Below, one piece after another: positions 57,413 through 64,000 of a DNA stretch of 64,000 nucleotides; the stretch's first letter is position 1, and each line of letters starts with the position of its first letter. The DNA lies in the NCBI GenBank assembly GCA_963801165.1, contig CAWDDT010000005.1:128001-192000 (forward strand). The letters are read 5' to 3'. This stretch comes from an uncultured bacterium. GTDB taxonomy: Bacteria; Actinomycetota; Acidimicrobiia; Spongiisociales; UBA5794. Below the pieces are notes generated by a model that was not told the origin of the DNA, made no database searches, and was given only the letters and a program-made list of their open reading frames with translations. Both the position numbers and the translations under genes were made by a program.

Positions 57413-59989
57413 ATGGACATAAACGCATTTACCCAGAAATCACAGCAAGCAATACTGGCCGCTCGGCAGAGCGCCCAACGACGCAACCACCAGACAGTAC
57501 AGCCGTTTCACCTGCTCGACGCGTTGCTCGGCCAGACCGACACCATCTTCTACCCGTTGCTCGGGCACCTCGGGATAAACCCCGCCGATATTCGCAAGAC
57601 GACCGAGGACCGGCTGTCCGCTATTCCCAAGGTGTACGGCGACACCGGCGAGGTGGCGTTCGCCCCGGCGACGCTGACCATCTTCGACACCGCCGATTCC
57701 ATCAAGAGCGGAATGGGCGACCAATACGTGTCGGTCGAGCATCTACTGCTTGCCCTGGCCACCGCCTCCGACCCGATCGGAGACGTACTCAGGAATCTGG
57801 GGCTCACCAGGGACGCCATCATGGCCGCGGTGGAGACCATACGCGGTGCCCAGCGGGTCACCAGCCAGAACCCGGAGGACACGCTCGAGCCGCTCGAGAA
57901 GTTCGGGCGCGACCTGGTCCGCCAGGCGGCCGAGGGCAAGCTCGATCCGGTTATCGGCCGTGACGAGGAGATCCGTCGCGTCATCCAGGTGCTGTCCCGG
58001 CGCACCAAGAACAACCCGGTGCTCATCGGCGAGCCGGGCGTCGGCAAGACTGCGATCGCCGAGGGTCTCGCCCAGCGCATCGTCGACGGTGACGTACCAG
58101 AAGGCCTCAAGGACAAGCGGCTCATCGCCCTCGACCTCAGCGCCATGGTTGCCGGTGCCAAGTTTCGGGGCGAATTCGAGGAGCGGCTCAAGGCCACCCT
58201 CGACGAGATCAAGGCCGCCGAGGGCCGGATCATCACCTTTATCGACGAGATGCACACCATCGTCGGTGCCGGTGCTGCCGAGGGCTCCATGGACGCGTCC
58301 AACATGCTCAAGCCGATGCTGGCCCGCGGCGAGCTGCACATGATCGGAGCCACCACGCTCGACGAGTACCGCAAGTACGTCGAGAAGGACCCGGCGCTGG
58401 AGCGTCGTTTCGCACCCGTCGTCATCGAGCCGCCATCGGTCGAGGACACCGTCGGCATCCTCCGCGGGCTCAAGGAGCGCTACGAGGTGCACCACGGGGT
58501 TCGCATCACCGACTCGGCGATCGTCGCCGCCGCGGTCCTTTCCGATCGCTATATAACGGCCCGGCACCTCCCCGACAAGGCCATCGACTTGATCGACGAG
58601 GCAGCGTCACGGCTTCGTATCGAGATCGACTCGATGCCGGAGGAGATCGACGAGCTGGAGCGCCGCCGCCGCCAGCTCGAGATCGAGCGCAACGCCCTCG
58701 CCAAAGAGGACGACAGCGCCTCCAAGCTGCGTCTGGCCGGGATCGACGAGGAGCTGGCGACTCTCGGTGAGGATCTCGACCGGCTGGTAGCTCACTGGAC
58801 GCTCGAAAAAGAGCACATTCAGGCGATCCAGGCCGCCAAGCAGGAGATCGAGGAGGCACGGGCGCGAGCTGAGCGCACCGAGCGTGCCGGCGATCTGCAG
58901 GCGGCCGCAGAGCTTCGATACGGCAAGCTCCCCGAGCTGCAGCGCACTCTCGAAGCGCGGCAGGAGGAGCTGGCCAAGCTCCAGTCGAACCTGCGGATGC
59001 TCAAAGAGGAGGTCGACGAGGAAGATGTTGCGGAGGTCGTCAGCCGCTGGACCGGGGTCCCGGTGAGCCGGCTGATGGAAGGCGAGATCGAGAAGCTGAT
59101 CCGTCTCGAAGACCACTTGCACCGTCGGCTCGTCGGTCAAGACGAGGCGGTCACCGTCGTGGCCAACGCCATTCGGCGCAGCCGGGCAGGTCTGTCGGAT
59201 CCGCACCGGCCCATTGGCTCATTCATCTTCCTCGGACCGACCGGTGTCGGCAAGACCGAGCTGGCCAGGGCACTTGCCGACTTCCTGTTCGACGACGAGC
59301 GGGCCATGGTCCGTATCGACATGTCGGAGTACATGGAGAAGCACTCGGTGTCGCGGCTCATCGGTGCACCCCCTGGTTACGTGGGGTACGACGAGGGTGG
59401 CCAGCTCACCGAAGCGGTGCGACGACGTCCCTATGCGGTCATCCTGCTCGACGAGATCGAGAAGGCCCATCCCGACGTGTTCAACACGCTGCTCCAGCTG
59501 ATGGACGACGGGCGTCTCACCGACGGGCAGGGCAGGACGGTCGACTTCACCAACGCGGTGCTGATCATGACGTCCAACCTGGGCTCGGAGTTCATCGACC
59601 CCGACCTCCCCGACGAGACGGTGGAGGACCGGGTCATGACGGTGGTGCGCAACCACTTCCGACCCGAGTTCCTCAACCGGGTCGATGACATCGTGGTGTT
59701 CTCCCGGCTGACCCGGGAGGATCTACGCCAGATCGTAGACATCCAGTTCGACATCCTGAGCAAGCGGCTGGCGTCGCGACGCATCGAGCTCCGGCTGAGC
59801 GACGATGCTGCCACCTGGCTGGCCGAGCACGGCTACGACGCCAGCTTCGGCGCCCGCCCGCTCAAGCGTCTCATGCAGACCGAGATTGCCGACAAGCTGG
59901 CGCTCGAGCTGCTCGCAGGTCGCTTCAGCGACGGCGACACCGTCGAGGTGATCGTGGATGACGACGAGTTGGGGTTCACCAAGCGATGA
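57413..59989 (+). CDS. clpB: ATP-dependent disaggregase ClpB
   Basis: Two AAA+ modules ('GEPGVGKT', 'GPTGVGKT') and a long middle coiled coil; 858 aa. Confidence 0.97.
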   Translation: MDINAFTQKSQQAILAARQSAQRRNHQTVQPFHLLDALLGQTDTIFYPLLGHLGINPADIRKTTEDRLSAIPKVYGDTGEVAFAPATLTIFDTADSIKSGMGDQYVSVEHLLLALATASDPIGDVLRNLGLTRDAIMAAVETIRGAQRVTSQNPEDTLEPLEKFGRDLVRQAAEGKLDPVIGRDEEIRRVIQVLSRRTKNNPVLIGEPGVGKTAIAEGLAQRIVDGDVPEGLKDKRLIALDLSAMVAGAKFRGEFEERLKATLDEIKAAEGRIITFIDEMHTIVGAGAAEGSMDASNMLKPMLARGELHMIGATTLDEYRKYVEKDPALERRFAPVVIEPPSVEDTVGILRGLKERYEVHHGVRITDSAIVAAAVLSDRYITARHLPDKAIDLIDEAASRLRIEIDSMPEEIDELERRRRQLEIERNALAKEDDSASKLRLAGIDEELATLGEDLDRLVAHWTLEKEHIQAIQAAKQEIEEARARAERTERAGDLQAAAELRYGKLPELQRTLEARQEELAKLQSNLRMLKEEVDEEDVAEVVSRWTGVPVSRLMEGEIEKLIRLEDHLHRRLVGQDEAVTVVANAIRRSRAGLSDPHRPIGSFIFLGPTGVGKTELARALADFLFDDERAMVRIDMSEYMEKHSVSRLIGAPPGYVGYDEGGQLTEAVRRRPYAVILLDEIEKAHPDVFNTLLQLMDDGRLTDGQGRTVDFTNAVLIMTSNLGSEFIDPDLPDETVEDRVMTVVRNHFRPEFLNRVDDIVVFSRLTREDLRQIVDIQFDILSKRLASRRIELRLSDDAATWLAEHGYDASFGARPLKRLMQTEIADKLALELLAGRFSDGDTVEVIVDDDELGFTKR

Positions 59990-60092
59990 CGGAAGACCCT
60001 GCGCAAGGCAGGGCCTTCACAATTGGATCGAGCGTGGGACGGGAACGACCGGACTCGATAACGAAATCCCTCGAGCTGCGGGCGGGTAGCCT

Positions 60093-60734
60093 GTGCCGAT
60101 GCCCGACGGGTCATCGATCGTCCTGTTCGCCCTTGCCGCGCTCGCCCTACTCCTGATGCCCGGCCCGGCGGTGCTCTACATCGTCACCAGGAGCATCGAC
60201 CAGGGACGTGGTGCGGGTCTCGTCTCCGTCGTCGGCGTAGGTATGGGCTCGATGGTCCATGTTGTCGCCGCGGCCCTCGGCCTGTCGGCTGTCCTCCTCC
60301 AGTCGGCGCTTGCCTTCCGCACGGTCAAGTACGCCGGTGCGGCGTATCTGGTGTATCTGGGCGTACGGCGTCTGCTCGGGAAGGGCGAACTCGCCGTCGA
60401 ACCGACCGGTTCGCCGCGCTCCCTGCGACGGGTGTTCGTCCAGGGCGTCGTGGTGAACATCCTCAACCCGAAAACAGCGTTGTTCTTCCTTGCGTTCCTA
60501 CCGCAATTCGTAAACGTCGGCGGGGCTCCGATCGGCTTCCAGATCCTCTTCCTCGGGACTCTGATGATCAGCATGGGCATCGTCACCGATGGGCTGTACG
60601 CCCTTGCTGCAGGGAGCATCGGCGGGTGGCTGAAGCGCCGGCCAGGGGTGATATCCGGCCAGCGCTACGTGACCGGCGGAATCCTCATCTCGCTCGGACT
60701 GGCTGCCGCCTTCGCTGGGGGCAAGGAGAGCTAG
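60093..60734 (+). CDS. LysE/RhtB-family translocator
   Basis: 'PGPAVLYIV', 'GAAYLVYLG' and 'NILNPKTALFFLAFLPQFV'. Confidence 0.92.
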   Translation: MPMPDGSSIVLFALAALALLLMPGPAVLYIVTRSIDQGRGAGLVSVVGVGMGSMVHVVAAALGLSAVLLQSALAFRTVKYAGAAYLVYLGVRRLLGKGELAVEPTGSPRSLRRVFVQGVVVNILNPKTALFFLAFLPQFVNVGGAPIGFQILFLGTLMISMGIVTDGLYALAAGSIGGWLKRRPGVISGQRYVTGGILISLGLAAAFAGGKES

Positions 60735-61342
60735 GCCTCTGTGGTCTCGAACAAGACTTCGGTGTACCCGACCCCGCGGAGGAAGTTCTCGATCGTGATC
60801 TTGGCATTCTCTTCCGCCTTGTCCATGATGCCGTGCTCCATTGCCGAGTTGACCAGGACCTGCTGCGCAATCTGACGGGCGTCGCTCTCGAGATGCAGAT
60901 CACCCTTGGTGAAGAGCCCGGTGTCCCTGTCGTACACCCGGGTGGCCTCGTTGTCTACCTCGACGAAGATGATCTCCGGTGCCGGCAGCCGCACCGTGAC
61001 CGTGCCGCTCGTTTGGTCGACCTCGAAGTTCTCGGTGGTCACCGCCTCCATGTCGACGCCAGCACCAATACGGGCAACAGCGAACAGAAAGATCCGATCT
61101 CCACGGGCCCAATTGAGCCAACCGAAGTCGTTGCCCTTCTCCACGGTCGTGTACTCGACCATCTCCACCGTCGTCAGCTTCGCAACGTTCCGCACGCTGT
61201 CGACAACCGTCGGGCCCACCTGGGTGTACTTCTCTCCACCAAACGGGCCCCACCCCGCCACATTGGCGACGATGAAGAAGACGCCCGCGATGAGCACCGC
61301 GGCGATGAGTGTGGACCCTGCTCTTCGTGATGAATCGGCCAT
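60731..61342 (-). CDS. DUF4230-like membrane-anchored protein
   Basis: One N-terminal TM helix, 'AKLTTVE', 'AGVDM', 'VRLPAPEI' and 'GIMDKAEENAK...F..GVGY'. Confidence 0.75.
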   Translation of the reverse strand: MADSSRRAGSTLIAAVLIAGVFFIVANVAGWGPFGGEKYTQVGPTVVDSVRNVAKLTTVEMVEYTTVEKGNDFGWLNWARGDRIFLFAVARIGAGVDMEAVTTENFEVDQTSGTVTVRLPAPEIIFVEVDNEATRVYDRDTGLFTKGDLHLESDARQIAQQVLVNSAMEHGIMDKAEENAKITIENFLRGVGYTEVLFETTEA

Positions 61343-61347
61343 ATCCT

Positions 61348-61412
61348 CTCGATTGGTCCTCTCGATTGATCCGCTCGATTGATCCGCTCGATTGATCCGC
61401 TCGATTGGTCGT
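61348..61412. repeat. 13-bp tandem repeat x5 (consensus CTCGATTGATCCG)
   Basis: Units at 61348, 61361, 61374, 61387 and 61400; the central three are identical and there are no spacers. Confidence 0.92.
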
Positions 61413-61490
61413 GTATCACCTTTGACCTTAGAGCGGCGGAAAAGGTTCCACGTCACAGACCGGCGGAAAAAGTCTCACCACCTCTTGAAT

Positions 61491-61560
61491 TACCATGCGT
61501 TCCATGGTAGTGTGCGACGCAAGATACCCTGGTACGCAGGGTAATAAGCAAAGCAAGATA
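61491..61560. promoter_or_regulatory. Array of four phased palindromic sites upstream of padR
   Basis: TACCATG-N5-CATGGTA, TAGTGTG-N5-CAAGATA, TACCCTG-N5-CAGGGTA and TAATAAG-N5-CAAGATA at a 17-bp period. Confidence 0.65.
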
Positions 61561-61576
61561 GCAGACGATCCGGAGG

Positions 61577-61915
61577 ATGCGTGTGGGGCACAGCTCCCAG
61601 CTACTCAAAGGTGTTCTCGATATGTGCCTGCTGGCGCTGATAGACCAAGAGCCAAGCTACGGGTACGAGATGGTCGCAAAACTACAGCGAAACGGTCTCG
61701 AGCTCGTGAGCGAGGGGACGATCTACCCGCTGCTCAGCAGACTGCAGAAGCAAGGCTTCATCGAGGGCTACTTCGTCGAGTCGACCGGAGGTCCCCCACG
61801 CAAGTACTACCGCATCGCCGAGGAAGGCAGAGCACAGCTTGGCGACTGGCGAGCGGAATGGCATGGCTTGTCGGCAGGCGTGGAAGAGGTGTTGAATGGA
61901 GCCTCGAGTGAGTGA
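61577..61915 (+). CDS. PadR-family regulator
   Basis: 'QLLKGVLDMCLL', 'YGYE', 'EGTIYPLLSRL' and 'GPPRKYYRI'. Confidence 0.93.
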   Translation: MRVGHSSQLLKGVLDMCLLALIDQEPSYGYEMVAKLQRNGLELVSEGTIYPLLSRLQKQGFIEGYFVESTGGPPRKYYRIAEEGRAQLGDWRAEWHGLSAGVEEVLNGASSE

Positions 61916-61919
61916 GCGC

Positions 61920-62693
61920 ATGAGCATCGATCGAATCCTCGCCGATTGCGAGCGTTATTGGCTCGAGACACGAGTGCCACGGTCGATATCAAATGCGATG
62001 AAACTCGAACTCGAATCGCATCTCCACGAGGCGGCCGCCGCCGGCAAGGACCCGGCGAGTGTCATCGGAGGAGATCTGGGCCAGTTTGCCGAGAGTTGGG
62101 CATCCGAGTTCCGCAACCCGGCCGCCACCGAAGTCTGGCGACGAATCCAACATCAACAGAGCCGGACGCGTGGCCGTCTGCTTGCCGCAGGGCTTACCGT
62201 TGCCGGGCTCATCACTATCGCCATCGGTCTGATGACAAAGGAGGACGCAGTGCAAGATATCGAGTTCTGGCTCTGGCTCTGGGTAGGTGCAGCCGTCGTG
62301 CTGGGCATCGGCGAGATGATGACCGCAGGGTTCTTCCTGCTGCCCTTCGCCATTGCCGCACTGATCGCGGCGGTGTTGGCTCTGCTTGGAGTCCATCCGA
62401 TCATCCAGCTCATCTCCTTTGCTGTGTTCAGCGTCGCGGCCCTCGTCGCCATCCGGCGTTTTGCCAAGAAGGACGAGGACGTCATGTACCCGGTCGGGTC
62501 CAAGCGATACGTTGATGCCCGCGGTACCGTCATCGAAACCATCGACCCCTTCAAAAACATGGGCCGGGTTCGGGTCGAGACCGAGCAGTGGCGAGCCACC
62601 ACCGATCTCAACGAGGTTATCGAAGTGGGAACGCCGATAGTGGTCAGAGACGTACGCGGCGCCCGCCTGGTCGTCGAACCTGCAGATATCTGA
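61920..62693 (+). CDS. NfeD-family protein with N-terminal helical (HAAS/DUF1048-like) domain
   Basis: N-terminal 'ELESHLHEAAAAGKDPASVIGGD...FAESW', TM segments ('IGEMMTAGFFLL') and a C-terminal OB fold 'GRVRVETEQWRA'. Start uncertain (61908 or 61920). Confidence 0.8.
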   Translation: MSIDRILADCERYWLETRVPRSISNAMKLELESHLHEAAAAGKDPASVIGGDLGQFAESWASEFRNPAATEVWRRIQHQQSRTRGRLLAAGLTVAGLITIAIGLMTKEDAVQDIEFWLWLWVGAAVVLGIGEMMTAGFFLLPFAIAALIAAVLALLGVHPIIQLISFAVFSVAALVAIRRFAKKDEDVMYPVGSKRYVDARGTVIETIDPFKNMGRVRVETEQWRATTDLNEVIEVGTPIVVRDVRGARLVVEPADI

Positions 62694-62723
62694 GACAAGA
62701 CAACGACTCGAAAGGAGCAATAA

Positions 62724-63656
62724 GTGCAAGCATTGGGCTTCATAGTCATAGCGTTCATCGCCGTCATCTTCGCCTATGTGGTACTGGGGCTGAAGATCGT
62801 GCGCCAGTATGAGCAAGGGCTCGTGGAACGCTTTGGCAAATACACCAAGACACTCGATCCGGGACTCCAGCTGATCGTCCCGTTCATCGAGCGGATCCGG
62901 CGGGTCGACATGCGTGAGATCGTGGTCGACGTGCCCCCGCAAGAGGTCATCACCAAGGACAACGTGGTCGTAACGGTCGATGCCGTCGTCTACTACCAGG
63001 CAACCGACCCGGTCAAGCTCGTGTACAACGTGCAGAACTTCGTACTGGCAGCGACGAAGCTGGCGCAGACAAACCTGCGTAACGTCGTCGGCGATCTCGA
63101 CCTGGACGATGCTCTCACCTCCCGTGAGCGCATCAACGCCCAACTCCGTGAGATCCTCGATGAGGCAACCGACGTCTGGGGAACCAAGGTGGTACGGGTC
63201 GAAATCCAGCGGATCGATCCGCCGGCGGACGTCACCCAGGCCATGCACCGCCAGATGAAGGCGGAGCGTGACCGGCGTGCCATCGTCACCGAGGCCGAAG
63301 GCGACAAGCGGTCGAAGATCCTCCAGGCAGAGGGCGTCAAGGCGTCTCGGATCCTCGAGGCAGAGGGTCAGGCCGAAGCTATCAAGCAGGTCGCCGAGGC
63401 GGAGAAGTTCCAGAAGCTCACCGTTGCCGAGGGTGAAGGCCAGGCAATCGAGCGGGTCTTCCTCGCCATCCACAACGGGAACCCGACGGACGATCTCATC
63501 GCCATCCGCTACCTGGATGCCCTCCAGGGTGTCGCCAACGGGACAGCGACGAAGATCTTCCTGCCCGTCGAGCTGAGCGGTATCCTTGGTTCCATAGGTG
63601 CCATCAGCGAGATGTTCAAAGACGGTAACTCACCGCAACAGCAACGGCAGATGTGA
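62724..63656 (+). CDS. SPFH/stomatin-like (QmcA-like) membrane protein
   Basis: 'VERFGKY', 'QEVITKDNV', 'TSRERIN' and '[10 protein letters not shown]'. Confidence 0.93.
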   Translation: MQALGFIVIAFIAVIFAYVVLGLKIVRQYEQGLVERFGKYTKTLDPGLQLIVPFIERIRRVDMREIVVDVPPQEVITKDNVVVTVDAVVYYQATDPVKLVYNVQNFVLAATKLAQTNLRNVVGDLDLDDALTSRERINAQLREILDEATDVWGTKVVRVEIQRIDPPADVTQAMHRQMKAERDRRAIVTEAEGDKRSKILQAEGVKASRILEAEGQAEAIKQVAEAEKFQKLTVAEGEGQAIERVFLAIHNGNPTDDLIAIRYLDALQGVANGTATKIFLPVELSGILGSIGAISEMFKDGNSPQQQRQM

Positions 63657-63673
63657 CCGACAACCGACCAACA

Positions 63674-63699
63674 AGGAGCGGCGCTTCGGCGCCGCTCCT
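63674..63699. terminator. GC-rich hairpin with UUCG loop between convergent genes
   Basis: AGGAGCGGCGC-TTCG-GCGCCGCTCCT, a perfect 11-bp stem. Confidence 0.75.
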
Positions 63700-63708
63700 G
63701 CGCGTTCG

Positions 63709-64000
63709 CTACTGTGCGTCGACGATCTCAGAGTCGTCGGCCTGATCCCCGAACTCATCGGCGTCCCCGAACTCATCGGCGTCGTCAGGATCGTCCTGAT
63801 CGTATGTCACCCCACGCTTCTGGGCGATAACGAACAGGACCACACCGGCGATGATCGCCGCCACCGATATCCAGCCGTTGCGGGACACCCCGAGGAGACG
63901 GAAAGTAGTGTCCGTCCGGAGAAGCTCTGTGAGGAGCCGGATGAGCCCGTAGACGATCATGTACACGGGAAACCGGGCGCCCCTCGCCAGCTTGTTCCTG
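63709..64000 (-). CDS. lgt: Prolipoprotein diacylglyceryl transferase, C-terminal part (runs off the window)
   Basis: 'YMIVYGLIRLLTELLRTD' resembles the Lgt 'YG..RF..E..R.D' motif; followed by a TM helix and an acidic tail with a DADEFG duplication. Confidence 0.7.
   Translation of the reverse strand, partial: RNKLARGARFPVYMIVYGLIRLLTELLRTDTTFRLLGVSRNGWISVAAIIAGVVLFVIAQKRGVTYDQDDPDDADEFGDADEFGDQADDSEIVDAQ

Noticed and set aside
61348-61412. Possible CRISPR array
   Set aside because: The units are 13 bp, contiguous and without spacers, and there are no cas genes in the window.
63745-63785. 18-bp duplication near the window end
   Set aside because: An in-frame DADEFG duplication in the acidic tail of lgt; ordinary low-complexity variation.

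Overview
High-GC window from an actinobacterium, probably Acidimicrobiia. This taxonomy is inferred from the dnaK-grpE-dnaJ-hspR operon, the F420 PPOX gene and Cys-containing SLH repeats. 1-26 kb: a carbohydrate/sulfate-ester catabolism locus with two Cys-type sulfatases, a radical-SAM sulfatase maturase, a DUF202 (YidH/YidG-like) pair, a carboxylesterase, two GH3s, a frameshifted GH43, a GH78 rhamnosidase, a nucleoside-hydrolase-like enzyme, a family-5 ABC importer and LacI with two operators. At 3.9-6.4 kb it is interrupted by a two-gene module: a clan CD (C13/legumain-like) cysteine protease plus a small standalone paralog of its own N-terminal domain. Next to that module is a structured non-coding stretch resembling an IS110 left end without a transposase. 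26-43 kb: Fe-ADH, yceI/marR, PFOR plus a DHODH-like flavoprotein, a GH3, two head-to-head 5'-truncated pseudogenes, an ECF sigma/anti-sigma pair and gcvP with a tandem glycine riboswitch. 43-64 kb: BON/OmpA plus coiled-coil proteins, the dnaK operon, an SLH protein, an NDT-deoxynucleoside kinase fusion, mscL, clpB, PadR-HAAS/NfeD-SPFH and partial lgt. No rRNA, tRNA, CRISPR array or intact transposase was seen. All family calls come from motif recognition by eye; no database searches were run.
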